The notes beneath the pieces are model-generated. The model did not search any database and was not told the DNA's origin. It worked only from the letters and a program-made list of their open reading frames with translations. Position numbers and translations under genes: made by a program. Shown piece by piece: positions 1 to 12,974 of a DNA stretch of 64,000 nt (positions are counted from its first letter, which is position 1; each line of letters starts with the position of its first letter). Location of the stretch: assembly GCF_006345805.1 (NCBI RefSeq), contig NC_043024.1:19530001-19594000 (forward strand), read 5' to 3'. The DNA is from Octopus sinensis (taxonomy: Eukaryota).

Positions 1-605
1 CTCGCCACCTTTATACACACATACAATACACACATCTTTGTCAAATAATCCACCACCAGCCACCAGCAGTTTAGCCACTGATCACCTAATCTTGAAACAG
101 GTGGTACTGTGTATGTATGTGTGTATGTGCATATATATAAGGTCCTGGTAGGGTGTAAAGGTAGGGTATTACCAGAGAAGCATTCAACGGTCATATTCCA
201 GACTAATACCAAAATTCCTCAGGTGTAGAAAATCCTGGTTTGCACAAAGGTAAAACTGTTGTTTGGGTTTAGCAAAGAGTAAAGCATAATCCAAAGAATA
301 AGACAAAGGAATTCCTTTAAGAAATCTTTGATGATTCCTTACAATTGTTTCTGCATAAACTCTGCTTGCGACACCAGTTTAGGAAAAATGCAGAGTGGAA
401 ATTTTTTGCAAATTTTGCGAGCTGAGTTGGTAGAGAAACAGTTGTAATGAATCATTAAAGATGTGAGAATGTAGTTTTTGCTTTATTATTTGGATTACAC
501 ACACACACAAATATAGCAAGCAAGATTGAACATCACTTTTATTAGTATATATATATATATACACACATATATATATATATATAATATATATATATATATG
601 TGTGT

Positions 606-901
606 GGAGGCGCAATGGCCTAGTGGTTAGGGCAGCGGACTCACGGTCGTAGGATCGCGGTTTCGATTCCCAGACCGGGTGTTGTGAGTGTTTATTGAGC
701 GAAAACACCTAAAAGCTCCACGAGGCTTCGGCAGGGGGTGGTGATCCCTGCTGTACTCTTTCACCACTCTTTCTCTCACTCTTTCTTCTGTTGGCCTGCT
801 CGCTTAGCCAGCAGTGTGGCGTCATTCGAAGGCTAAAACAATGCGAACACATTGTGACCAGCGATGTGTAACTACATCTGATGGACTGGTCGGTAACATG
901 A
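606..901 (+). mobile_element. tRNA-derived SINE, family A (full length)
   Basis: Head GGAGGCGCAATGGCCTAGTGGTTAGGGCAGCGGACTC...GGTTTCGATTCCC has pol III A and B boxes, followed by a ~230-bp body that recurs at 15944-16254 and 40360-40668; sits in a (TA)n tract. Possibly one of the published octopus OR-type SINEs (not verified). Confidence 0.85.
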
Positions 902-905
<4 letters not shown>

Positions 906-939
<34 letters not shown>

Positions 940-1545
940 TGTGTGTGTATATATATATGCATGTGTGTGTGTGTATGTCTATATGCATGTGTGTGTGTAT
1001 GTATATATGTTGCTGTAGAAATACAATGACTGCTCCAATTGACCCCAGTACCAGTTTATTATTTTGTTTTTTAGCCTGGTGCTTATTCTATCAGTTCTCT
1101 TTTGCTGACCCTCAAGGTTACTGCAACCTAAACACACCACCAACACTGGTTGTCAAGTGGTGGTGGTGGGGGACAAACACACACACCTGAAACATACACA
1201 CACACACACACACACCTGAAACATGCATACTCACCTATATTGACACTCTCACCTGAATACATGCATTCATACACACTAGTACACACATGCAAACACACTC
1301 ATGCAAACACATACACGCACACCAGCACTCACACAAACATGTACTGACACACACAAGCACACATATTCAAACACACAGTTTCACAGACTCACATTCACTC
1401 ACAAGCACACACATACACGCACAAGCACCCAAACACACACACACACAATCAAATACACTCACAAACAAGCATACAGACATGCACACTTACTCTCAACTAA
1501 CACATGCATTCACACACGCAAACACACACATACTAAAACACTTGT
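906..1545. repeat. (TA)n/(TG)n and degenerate (CA)n microsatellite tracts
   Basis: Direct reading; includes a short SINE-B-like remnant near 1040-1190. Confidence 0.85.
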
Positions 1546-1779
1546 TGATGTCCAGTTTTTGCGGCCTGTTTTGAAGAAAGGTAAATTTTTTACCCCATGA
1601 CCAAGCTTCTTTCCACAAAAGATTGGATGTCATTGACACTGCATGTATAACAGCGATGCTCATTTACATCAGCTACTGTGTGATACCAAAAAAGAGGGAG
1701 ATACAAGCACTTATATACACACACTTCTACATCCTTTGGTACTATAAGGAAAAAAAACAACTTAGTTGCAGGGCCTTGT

Positions 1780-1990
1780 TTTGTGAGTAACTGGCTACCT
1801 CACTAGTGCTGGTGCCACAAAAATGTATCCAATGCATTCTATAAAGTAGTTGGCATTAGAAAGTGCATCCAGGTGTAGAAGCCATGTTGAAGTAAGCATT
1901 CAGGTCCTGAATTCCCTTCAGATTTGTTGGTTCTTGTGAAACCATTCCAGCAGAAGAAGAAGTACATTAAATGGCAATGATAATGATGAT
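1780..1990 (+). mobile_element. old diverged RTE 3'-UTR-like fragment (family D-related)
   Basis: gttggcattagaaagtgcatccaggtgtagaagccat resembles the family D motif gttggcgttaggaagggcatccagctgtagaaac; ends in a degenerate (GAT) tail. Confidence 0.55.
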
Positions 1991-2265
1991 ATATGGGCAT
2001 GGGATCATCTGTATGCATATATATATATATGTAAATGCATATTTATGTATGTGTGTATATGTGTATATATGTATATTTATGTATGTGTGTATATGTGTAT
2101 GCATGCATGCATATATATATGTGTGTGTGTGTGTATATATACATCTTTCTACTTTCTATCTGTCTATCAATTTATCTATCCTCTCTCTCTCTCTATATAT
2201 ATATATATAAGTATGTATATGTATATATATATATATGTATATGTATTATATATATATATATATAT

Positions 2266-2320
<55 letters not shown>

Positions 2321-2560
2321 TTATATATATATATGTATGTATATATATATATATATAATATATATATATATTTATGTATGTATGTATATATATAAAATTC
2401 TCCTTTCTTTCCTTTCCTGAGCGTCCAATAACACTATACTTGTTCCACGTCCTTACACTGTTGTATTTTCTCTTTGTGTTTTCATGTTGGATTAACTTCA
2501 TATATATAATATATATATATATTTATGTATGTATGTATATATGTATATATATATAAGAGA
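1990..2560. repeat. compound (TA)/(TG)/(TATG) microsatellite with a Penelope-like end fragment at ~2395-2500
   Basis: 2400-2500 (ctttcctgagcgtccaataacactatacttgttccac...) matches 22300-22390. Confidence 0.75.
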
Positions 2561-2984
2561 GACAGACAGACATAGCAACAAAAACGTGTTTTACATTTTT
2601 ATATTTTCCGATAAAGGCTACACATTTTCAGCGTACATATTGCAAGTGTATGCATGGTTTGCACTTGTCTATATACATATATACACACACACACGCACGC
2701 ACACGCACACACCACACACACACACACACAATTATTTCCTTTCCAGTCCATCATTGTGCAAGTCAGTGCTTCTTTTGATGTGCTTATTCTTAATACAAAC
2801 TCTGTTAACTTCAAGTGCCAGGCTATTTTACCATAATTCTAGTCATTTTAAATATATTCTTCAGATAAACATTTTACCATAATTCACAGCTACAGAACAG
2901 GAACAGTTCCACTGCCCCATGGGAAATAACCACAAAAATATATTCTTTCATTACCTGCTTTTTTTTTGCCGTTCTTTATATTTT

Positions 2985-3383
2985 TCATCTTTATTATTAT
3001 TATTATTATTATTATTATCATTCTTCTTCTTCTCTTCTTCTTCTTCTCTTCTTCTTCTTCTTCTTCTTCTCCTTCTCCTCCTCCTCCTCCTTCTTCTTCT
3101 TCTCTTCTTCTTCTTCTTCTTATTATTATTATTATTATTATTTTATTATTATTATTATTATTATCATTCTTCTTCTTCTTCTTCTTATCCTTCTCCTCCT
3201 CCTCCTCCTTCTTCTTCTACTCATTGTTGTTGTTATTATTATTATATTATTATTATTATTATTATTATTATCATTATTATTATTATTATTATCATCATTA
3301 TTTTTATTATTATTATTATTATTATCATTCTTCTTCTCTTCTCCTTCTCCTCCTCCTCCTCCTTCTTCTTCTACTCATTGTTG

Positions 3384-3419
<36 letters not shown>

Positions 3420-3557
3420 TATTATTATCATTATTATTATTATATTATTATCATCATTATTTTTATTATTATTATTATTATTTTATTATTATTATTATTA
3501 TTATCATTATTATTATTATTATCATCATCATTATTATTATTATTATTATCATCATCA

Positions 3558-3588
<31 letters not shown>

Positions 3589-3665
3589 CATCATCATCAT
3601 TATTATTATTATTATCATTATTATTATTATTATTATTGTCGTTGTTGTTGTTGTTGTAATTGTAG
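2985..3665. repeat. compound (ATT)n/(CTT)n/(CCT)n trinucleotide array with an internal duplicated block
   Basis: Direct reading; block ttctcctcctcctcctccttcttcttctactcattgttg occurs twice (~3190 and ~3345). Confidence 0.95.
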
Positions 3666-4015
3666 TTGTCTTTTATTGTGCTTCTCTTTTATTTCTGGCG
3701 TTTTCATATCAATTCATCTTGTTTTTGTTTTATTTCCATTCTCCTAAGTTTATTTTAACCATTCCTTTCTTGGAATTCTATTTGGTATTCTTAAAATATC
3801 TTTTAACTATTTCCAATATCACAAACCATTTTTCGTTCATATTTTTTCCATATTTATATTTTTATTTTCTCTTTCTTTCTGCATAGTGTCTTCATGAAAG
3901 CTGACACCGTTTCTCTTTTAATTCTTCTTGGACCAATGTAAAGAATTTTCTCTTAATTTGCATTCGAATTCAATAATAATTAAAGAAATTTCACAAATAA
4001 TCAACACTTAGAGTC

Positions 4016-4392
4016 TTACTCTTTTACTTGTTTCAGTCATTTGACTGCGGCCATGCTGGAGCACCGCCTTTAGTCGAGCAAATTGACACCGGGACTTATT
4101 CTTTGTAAGTCTAGTACTTATTCTATCGGTCTCTTTTGCCGAACCGCTAGGTGACGGGGACGTAAACACACCAGCATCGGTTGTCAAGCAATGCTAGGGG
4201 GACAAACACACACACACATATATATATATATACATATATACGACAGGCTTCTTTCAGTTTCCGTCTACCAAATCCACTCACAAGGCATTGGTTGGCCCGG
4301 GGCTATAGCAGAAGACACTTGCCCAAGATGTCACGCAGTGGGACTGAACCCAGAACCATGTGGTTGGTTAGCAAGCTACTTACCACACAGCC
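4016..4392 (-). mobile_element. SINE family B (tRNA-like head, internal TA/CA microsatellite, 3' half ending ...gactgaaacaagtaaaagag)
   Basis: Reverse complement matches full copies at 10039-10432, 34364-34772 and 49322-49760. Confidence 0.9.
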
Positions 4393-4396
4393 TCAT

Positions 4397-4900
4397 TTAT
4401 CTTGTTTCAGTCATTGGACTGCAGCCATTCTGGGGCACCATCTTGAAAGGTTTGGTCAAACAAGTCAACCTTATATTTATATTTCTTTTATGCCTTCTAC
4501 CTACTTTATCTGTCTTTTTTGCAAATTGCAAAGTTACAAGGACATAAACAAACCGACACTGGTTGTAAAGTTGTGGTGGGACAAACACAAAAACACATTA
4601 ACTCACACACACACATCTTTTATCTCTCACTTGTTTCAGTCATTAGACTGTAGCCATGCTGGGGCACCGCTTCGAAGGATTTTTAGTTGAATGAATTGAC
4701 TCAAGAACGTTTTTTCAAAGCCTGGTACTTATTCCATCAAACTGCTAAGCTACAGGGATGTAAACACACCAACACTGGTTGTCAAGAGATGATGGGGAAC
4801 AAACACATGCAAGCACACAGAGACATACATACATAAATATACATATACACACACATATATATATATATATAAATTTATATTCGATGGGCTTCTTTCACTG
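4397..4900 (-). mobile_element. two older diverged SINE-B-related 3' halves in tandem
   Basis: Each starts (c)ttgtttcagtcatt(g/a)gactg(c/t)agccat...ggggcacc and runs to the CA/TA tract. Confidence 0.7.
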
Positions 4901-4954
4901 AAGGTTTTGGGCTAACTTGTGTCCGTGCTTGTAATTATTATTATTATTGTTTTT

Positions 4955-4985
<31 letters not shown>

Positions 4986-5019
4986 TTATTATTATTATTA
5001 TATTATTATTATTTTCATT

Positions 5020-6170
5020 ATCCTCTTCTTTCAATTCTGTTTCCATATCTTGCTGAGTGTCTTCCAGACACCTAGAGCAAAGAAACTCACTGTATACTCT
5101 GGTAGGCCATTAAAACAAACACACCAGATTGTTCATTACAAAGTCATGTGATAGAAGAAAAGGGGGAGAAAAAGACAGGGAGAAAAAAGAAAAAAAGAAG
5201 AAAAAAGTAAAAATAGACAAAGAAAATAACGGAATAAAGGAAAAGAAAATTTACAGCAACAATGCTCTTCTCAGTACGTGTGATGTAGATGTACGAGTTA
5301 CGACAATCTTTTGTAGTTCCTGCATGGATGGTCATCCAGGGATCATTCTCAAATAATTTTCAGCTCCATTTTTGATCATTCCAAGTTCTCCTATAATCAT
5401 TGGTATTGTAACGATCTTACAATGCCACATTTTTTCAGTTTCAATCAGCAATTTTAAAATTATTTCCTGAGGGCCTCTACCTGGGACGTAGCCAGCCCAC
5501 TTATGCATACCTTTCCTTCTTGTGACACAAACCCTACTTGTGAAGACCTGTTGAGGCAAGTGAAAATCGAAATCGAAATCGATCCACATCAATGGAAATT
5601 GTAGCTGTGATACCAGTGCCGGTGGCACATAAGAGAACCATCCGAACATGGCCTCCATGCCGATGAAACATGAAAAGCACCATCCAATTGTGGCCGTTGC
5701 CAGCCTCGTCTGGCCCCCGTGCCAGTGGCATATAAAAAGCACCATCCGATCATGGCTGTTTGCCAGCCTCGTCTGGCACCTGTGCAGGTGGCACGTAAAA
5801 AGCACCCACTACACTCATGGAGTGGTTGGCGTTAGGAAAGGCAACCAGCTGTAGAAACACTGCCAGATCAGACCGGGTGTGGCACAGCCTACTGGCTTCC
5901 CAGACCCCAGTTGAACCGTCTGACCCATGCTAGCATGGAAAGCGGACGTTAAACTATGATGATGATGATGAGCTTATCGAATTCTTTTGCCAAGATATTA
6001 TGATCACAAAGCACGCTTATGTCAATCAATAAACCTACTTTATTGTTTTGGTCTTTCATAACGACATCCGGTTTATTAGCTTTGATGGTCTGGTCTGTAT
6101 GTAGTGGAAAGTCTCAAAGAACTGTTTGATTTTCTCCCTTGGTTACAGCCTCAGGGTGGTGCTTGTACCA
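5020..6170 (-). mobile_element. R4/Dong-like RLE non-LTR retrotransposon 3' fragment, interrupted by an RTE insertion
   Basis: 5971-6170 (-) reads WYKHHPEAVTKGE..DFPLHTDQTIKANKPDVVMKDQNNKVGLLIDISVLCDHNILAKEFDKL (restriction-like endonuclease PD..D motif). 5251-5462 continues LLIETEKMWHCKIVTIPMIIGELGMIKNGAENYLRMIPG. The 3' UTR ends in (TAA)n at ~5020. Stops and frameshifts are present. Confidence 0.85.
5476..5970 (+). mobile_element. RTE LINE 3' UTR (family D), 5'-truncated, (GAT)n tail
   Basis: Ends catgctagcatggaaagcggacgttaaactatgatgatgatg; 5' part matches the UTR next to the RTE ORF end at 14.5-14.6 kb. Confidence 0.85.
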
Positions 6171-6225
6171 TTATTATTATTATTATTATTATTATTATCA
6201 TTTTTATTTTTATTATTATTATTAT

Positions 6226-6762
6226 TGAGTGAGAGAGCAGTGCATGCCATCAAAGTGACACTGGGGTAAAATATACGAAGCCCAGTATACCCATCATGAC
6301 TACCTGTCTGATAAGGGCACACCAGACACATGCATCACAACCTTATGTGCGACATGGTGATCTTATATCAAGATAAACAGCGCTTGACCTTGCAGGTGGG
6401 GCCCAGTTAGAATTTTCGTCTGGTCAAGTAAGCCATCCCACTTAAAAGGTCCCTGAATAAGGGTTGTTTAAGGATGTTGAACGAAACACCCTTGTTTCCA
6501 GAGGTGAATTCTTCAAACCCCACAGAATCCCTCTCAACACATGGCTATGATGCTCCCCCACTACTTCTGCTCGTGATCAGAGATGCACATATCGTCAGCC
6601 ACTAAGGGACATGGTCAACTGGTTAAGTTTAAACAACTGACAAGCAAATCTGTGGTATTGAGCAGAATATTTGCTGTAGCCCATTTTTATACCAAGACAA
6701 AACAATGTACATGATAACACTTCCAATCAGTTAAGATCAGAAGCCATGAGAGCCACTGCCTG
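6226..6762 (-). mobile_element. unclassified ~540-bp retroposon (family F) with (AAT)n tail, embedded in TAA repeats
   Basis: Highly similar second copy at 57455-57937; both are flanked by (ATT)n on each side; no coding similarity recognised. Confidence 0.75.
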
Positions 6763-6813
6763 TTATTATTATTATTATTATTATTATATTATTATTATTA
6801 TTATTATTTTATG

Positions 6814-6860
<47 letters not shown>

Positions 6861-6861
<1 letters not shown>

Positions 6862-7075
6862 GAGGCAGTGAACTGTCAGAAATGTTAGCATGCCTGGGTT
6901 AAATGCTTATTGGCATTTGGCATTCTGAGCACAAAACCCGCTGAGGTCGACTTTGCCTTTTATCCTTTTGGGGTCAATTAAATAAGCACCAGCGGAGTAC
7001 TGGAGTCGATGTAATTGTCTAGCCCCCTCCCCTAAAATTTCAGGTCTTGTGCTCATAGTAAAAAAGATTATTATT
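6861..7075 (+). mobile_element. SINE family C2 (older subfamily of C ending in an ATT tail)
   Basis: gaggtcgactttgccttttatccttttggggtcaattaaataagcaccag core followed by cccctaaaatttcaggtcttgtg. Confidence 0.75.
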
Positions 7076-7483
7076 TTTATTATTATTTATTTTTAAAGGC
7101 GAGATTCAAAGTAAGTAATGCAATAAATAATATGTAAATTATTATAATAATATAATAATAATAATAATCATAATAATAATAATCATAATAATAATAATAA
7201 TAATAATTATAATAATAATATGCAAATACTGGGTTTAACAAATTTTTGGTTAGAAAAAGTCAAAGGCCTGTCTGTGGCACACAAACCCACATCTGTAAAC
7301 ATGCCAGAAGCTCTACCATTATGCCAAAGCAACCCTTTGTAGTTTCTTCCATCCTCTTTAGAAGCTTTCTTCTTACTAACAAATATTGGTATGCTGTTTA
7401 TGTCGTAAGAATTCAGAAACTTTAAGAGATATGAAATAAATCGTTTTTAACAGTGAAGCTCAAAGCAGATAAAGCTATAAATG

Positions 7484-7640
7484 ATGGTGTCGAATTTTGG
7501 CACAAGACCAGTATGCTCAGGGGAGTGTGGTCCTTATTTAATCAACCCCAAAATAATGAAAAGGAAAAGCTGACCTTGGCAGAATTTGAAATCAGAATAT
7601 GAAGCTTGTCTGGCATGCTAACGATTCTGCCAGCTCCCCC
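7484..7640 (-). mobile_element. SINE family C2, degenerate
   Basis: Reverse complement of the C2 pattern (aattttggcacaagaccag ... aaggaaaagctgaccttggcagaatttgaa). Confidence 0.6.
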
Positions 7641-7647
7641 ACCTACC

Positions 7648-7680
<33 letters not shown>

Positions 7681-8682
7681 GAAGAAGAAGAAGAAGAACA
7701 CTTTCCATACAATAACCATCAGAGCATCACAACAAATCACAGCACATACCCAAGGCACACAGAGCTGTGCTCGGTGGTGAAGTGAAAGCATGCTATAAAA
7801 ATAAAACTACTGAATAATAATAATAATAATAATAATTTCAAAGTTTGGTGGAGGAGCTCCAAACAAACTTCCGAACCACTCAGCAACCCATACCTGCACC
7901 CCACAATTAAGCCAGCACCTAGGTCATTAGTTTTTGAAGAAGTGGGTAGTGTCAATAATATCAATGGCAGCACTTAATCTCAGCAGAACTTCAGCCTCAG
8001 AATTTTAAGGGCCATAACGGAATGACATAAGATTTTGTGTCCAACATATTAACAATTCTGCCAGTGATTGTTGTGAAGAAAAGAAAAGATAAATCCATTT
8101 TATTTTCAAATCCTTTTGTTACACCCAAACATCCTTTGAACAACGACTGACCTTTTAAACGTTAAGGTCTTCCATACTTTGATTGTCTTAGCTATGGAAG
8201 ATCATCCGTAGTGAATGAATTATCGAAGCCATGATCTTTTGTCATGAATCTCCATGAATCTCAAGTCCATTTAGGCTTTGATCTAAACAAGATTTTCCAT
8301 TATCAATAGAATAACCTGTTATTTCATCGATAATTCTATGTAAAAGTTGAAAGGCTAGATTCTGTAATGCATTTTAAATCCTTGATCATAAGTTTAGAGA
8401 TGTTAACTTTCTTTTATTAAACACATTTGACCGGATTTACGTCAAGTCGGCAACGGATTTCTACAATGAAGCATATAATGAGTGTCATGTTGGTTACAGG
8501 TTCAATTCCCACTGAGGACAATCTGTAATTTAGTGTATTTCTGGTATTTGATGATAGGAGTAACACAAGGTACCCTCAACTTGGTCCAATGCATACAGAG
8601 TCCTTCAAAACTGTAAACTTACCTACCCACCCACCCTCTCTGATACTGTGTTTCTAACCTTTCATATACTCATCTTGTATCT

Positions 8683-8948
8683 AAAGGGGTTTCACAGTTT
8701 CCGGGCATATAGGCTCCTCACCTGGACAGGACACTGGTCCATCACAGGTGAGCTACAAGATGCAGGAGGAAAGAGTGAGAGAAAGTTGTGGCGAAAGAGT
8801 TAGCAGAAGTTCGCCATTACCTTCTGCTGGAGTCACGTGGAGCTTAGGTGTTTCACTCATAAACACACACATCACCCGGTCTGAGATTCAAACCCACGAA
8901 TACTCGACCACGAGCCTGCTGCTCTAACCACTAGGCCATGCGCCTCCA
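8683..8948 (-). mobile_element. SINE family A variant (same tRNA-like head, different 3' body)
   Basis: Reverse complement head tggaggcgcatggcctagtggttagagcagcaggctcgtggtcgagtattcgtgggtttgaatctc; shares ctttctctcactctttc with family A, then diverges. Confidence 0.7.
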
Positions 8949-9525
8949 CCGTCAGTGAGATATCAATAATATATCCATATAGATAGATAGATAGATAGAT
9001 AGGTAGGTAGATAGGCAGGCAGGTAGGTAGGTAGGTCATTGGTAAATAATAAATCCAAAAGAGAAGCACACTCTAAGTTATAGAGCAGTATAGTATAAAT
9101 ATATATAAGACTGGTCTATGGGATTGCCCTGGGTTTCATGTCCATAAAGCACTTAATTTTTCAACATATCATCAGACCCCAAAACCTGTTGGCACATGAC
9201 CTCTCTAACAAGTGGCCTCTCTAGAAAATGGAGGAGGAAAAGGCTTCATTACTCTATGTCAACTATAGGGGACTGTCTCTCTTTGACTATTATTCATAAT
9301 CAACTGTGTTATTGTGCGGGTCCCACAAGCAATTTCTTTAAGTGTAGACAGGATCTGCAGATTTCCATTCTGGAGTTAAGGATGTTCCCCGAGTTGAGGG
9401 ACTCCTTTAATATCCTCGTCTGTTTAGCTATAGACAGTTTGCAACACTTACATAATACATCCATAAATATATAGACATATATATATACTTATATTATATA
9501 CACACAAGGTCATATATATATATAT

Positions 9526-9880
9526 ACTCTTTTACTTGTTTCAGTCATTTGACTGCGGCCATGCTGGAGCACTGCCTTTAGTTGAGCAAATCGACCCGAG
9601 GACTTATTCTTTGTAAACCTAGTACTTATTCTGTCAGTCTCTTTTGCCAAACCACTAAGTTACGGGGACATAAACACACCAGCATCGGTTGTCAAGCAAT
9701 GTTGGGGAGACAAACACAGACACACAAACATATACACACACATACATATATACGACAGGCTTCTTTCAGTTTCCGTCTACCAAATCCACTCACAAGAAGA
9801 CACTTGCCCAAGATGCCACACAGTGGGACTGTACCCGGAACTATGTGGTTGGTGAGCAAGCTACTTACCACACAGCCACT
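9526..9880 (-). mobile_element. SINE family B
   Basis: Matches family B consensus, with an internal deletion around the ctgctatagcccc segment. Confidence 0.9.
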
Positions 9881-10038
9881 CAAATTAGAAAAAAAACTAC
9901 CTTATATCAATTCAATAATGAAAAATTAAATTATACCATTTAGAAAAATTACATATTATAGAAAGATTAGATATAAGATAAAACATATAACAATGATTAA
10001 GTAATGTGCAAAATAGTAAATAAAATGTATATATATAT

Positions 10039-10432
10039 AGGCGCAGGAGTGGCTGTGTGGTAAGTAGCTTGCTAACCAACCACATGGTTCTGGGTTCAGT
10101 CCCACTGCGTGGCATCTTGGGCAAGTGTCTTCTGCTATAGCCCTGGGCCGACCAATGCCTTGTGAGTGGATTTGGTAGACGGAAACTGAAAGAAGCCTGT
10201 CGTATATATGTATATGTATGTATATATATGTATATGTATGTGTATGTGTCTGTGTCTGTGTTTGTATCCCTAGCATTGCTTGACAACCGATGCTGATGTG
10301 TTTACGTCCCCGTCACTTAGCGGTTCAGCAAAAGAGACCGATAGAATAAGTACTGGGCTTACAAAGAAGTTGCTCGACTAAAGGCGGTGCTCCAGCATGG
10401 CCGCAGTCAAATGACTGAAACATGTAAATGAG
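10039..10432 (+). mobile_element. SINE family B, full length
   Basis: ggcgcaggagtggctgtgtggtaagtagcttgc...gggttcagtcccactgcg head, internal (TA/TG) tract, 3' half; flanked by (TA)n. Confidence 0.9.
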
Positions 10433-10724
10433 TATATATATATAAATGCTTAGTTCTATGTGTGTGTATGTGTGTGTGTCTATGACAATCTGATGAAAGC
10501 TCAGCTGGTTGAAACTTTGAAGTTCCTGTCAATATCATTTATGTTAAAGAATAAAACATTTATACTATAACAAATGTATTCAATAATCCTTCAGTTCAAT
10601 GTAAAATTGTTTCTATTATCACATAAAAACAAACATTGATATATATATATGATTGTGTGCATGTCTGTATGGTATATGTACATATATGTCTATGTATTTA
10701 TGTATGTGTGTGTGTGTGTGTGTG

Positions 10725-10965
10725 TATGAAATCTGTTCTGTCTGTCTGTGTGTGTATGTGTGTCTTCTAGGATCTCGGGCATCTTCCATCCGATTGCGCT
10801 CAAATTTGATATGTAGATACCAACAGTATCATGGCGTGTATAAGTCTTGAAAACATTACAAAAATCGATTCCAGGTGAGAATGTGATCGATAAAGCCGTG
10901 GGAACGTGCATTTGTATGTGCAAGTACATCAGCACCATCCATAGAACGGGGGGGTGTATTTTGCT
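10725..10965 (+). mobile_element. possible non-autonomous Helitron/Helentron-like internal fragment
   Basis: atgaaatctgttctgtctgtctgtgtg followed by catccgattgcgctcaaatttg, a layout recalled from invertebrate HINE-type repeats; no termini seen. Confidence 0.3.
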
Positions 10966-11285
10966 CATATATATATATATATATGTATACATAGTAACTG
11001 CTTTCTTGTATACAAGCAAGGCCAATACTGGAAAGAATCACTGAAATGAGTCATTGATGGTGCAAAGTGAGGCCCCTGTATGGCGCTTGAAGTGGGCAAA
11101 AGATTTTCACATTCTATAGCATAATGCACACCTGTGCTGGTCGGCTGAAGGAACAGGTGCCACAGTATCAACCCTTTTGACATATGTGTATAAATATATC
11201 CCTAAGACCTTAGCGGATCTATTTCTAGCATAAGTGTGTCCACATAGTAGTTTCCCTCTAATATGTATATATCCCTATATATTTA

Positions 11286-11315
<30 letters not shown>

Positions 11316-11317
<2 letters not shown>

Positions 11318-11544
11318 CATGGGGTGGGGCTGAAAAGTTCCTGGCTTGGGGTAAAAGAAAATACAGGAGGATCAGTTAATTATGATTTTATTCAACGTAT
11401 TCCCCTCTCAGAATGACATACTTATCACAGTGGTCCTTCAGGGTTTCTAAGCCCTGTATAAGAACTTGGAAGGTTGGGCCTCCAACCAGGCCTTTCACAA
11501 TACCCAATACCCTTAAAACAGGAAATTTTCAGCCCCACCACATA
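11316..11544. mobile_element. Tc1/mariner-type MITE
   Basis: TIRs ggtggggctgaaaagttcctg ... caggaaattttcagccccacc with TA flanks; a related fragment lies at 48215-48298. Confidence 0.8.
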
Positions 11545-11589
11545 CGCACACATGCAAATACATACGTACATACATACATACATACATAC

Positions 11590-11622
<33 letters not shown>

Positions 11623-11859
11623 CATACATACATGCATTTACATACATACATTCATACATTTACATACATGCATACATACATACATACATATATGCATGCA
11701 TACATACATACATACAAATACATACATACATACATGCATACATACATACATACATACACACACACATACATACATACATACACACATACATAAATACATA
11801 CATACATACTGGCATACATACATACATACATACGTACATGCATACATACATACATACAA

Positions 11860-11892
<33 letters not shown>

Positions 11893-11931
11893 AGGGGTGC
11901 TGAAAAGTTCCTGTTATTCATACACACACAC

Positions 11932-11971
<40 letters not shown>

Positions 11972-12035
11972 GTATAATTGTGTGTGTGTGTGTTTGTGTG
12001 TCTATATGCATGTATGTATATAAACATGTATACAT
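11545..12035. repeat. (CATA)n/(TA)n microsatellite containing a solo mariner TIR (11892-11913)
   Basis: aaggggtgctgaaaagttcctg lies within the tract. Confidence 0.85.
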
Positions 12036-12782
12036 GTATATCGATACCTACTTGTGTTGCGTATTCCTAGCATGCCTCATTGTATAAAACAAACTTCAAA
12101 TAAAGATAACAGATCTATTATGTTATTATTTGTCAGCTTTTATATTTCACATGAAACAGAATTTCTGCGTGGTTTGCAGATAGTAACCTTTTGTTGATAT
12201 GGGGGAAATAGCTGATAAACAATTAAATTTGCCAGGTAAAGACTGCATCTCAATGAATGTAGAACATGCCAGAATAAATTACAGTGTACAGCCAAAGAAA
12301 GAAATTTAGTCAACTGAACGAAAAAAGTTTTTATAAAAAATACTCGAGTTCTGTGTGACAAACGAATTATGTATGTATACCAGATAATAGCAAATGTTTT
12401 TTATGGCAATAATCATGTAAGTTTAGTGTGTGATGTCACTGTAAAACCGTATTTGTTATAAAAGGAAAACGCAGGTGAGAGGAAACAATGACTTGGAAAA
12501 AACGTAGGGTGTGAAAGAATTGGAAATAAACAGGCAGCTGGGTGCCTTTCCTGTTGCTAACTTTTAATTTTGTTTTTTTTTTGTTTGTTTTTTTTTCTTG
12601 TAAGGGATCTTATTGTTTAACATGTCTTTGAATAGATGACAACAGTATCATCACCAGCAGCATGTGACCTTTGTAGGACCCAGGTGAAAATGCACACATG
12701 CATCTTCATGTGCGCATGCACACACATAAATATAACATTTTTTATGAGTGGTGTATATATATATATATATATAATATATATA

Positions 12783-12848
<66 letters not shown>

Positions 12849-12974
12849 TAATATGTATATCATCATCATCATCATCATCATCGTTTACATATATAATATA
12901 TATATTATATATATATGTATATATATAGTTAATATATATATACATACATATATATATTATATATATATATACGT

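Noticed and set aside
606-680. tRNA gene
   Set aside because: No proper acceptor stem or CCA end; continues into a repeated body found at three other places, so it is a SINE head. The same holds for families B and C.
3887-3940. Strong plus-strand acceptor ctctttctttctgcatag
   Set aside because: Stops in all frames within about 12 codons; the pyrimidine tract is part of the adjacent low-complexity region.
12199-12235. Possible start exon MGEIADKQLNLP|gtaaag
   Set aside because: Too short and unsupported; expected by chance.
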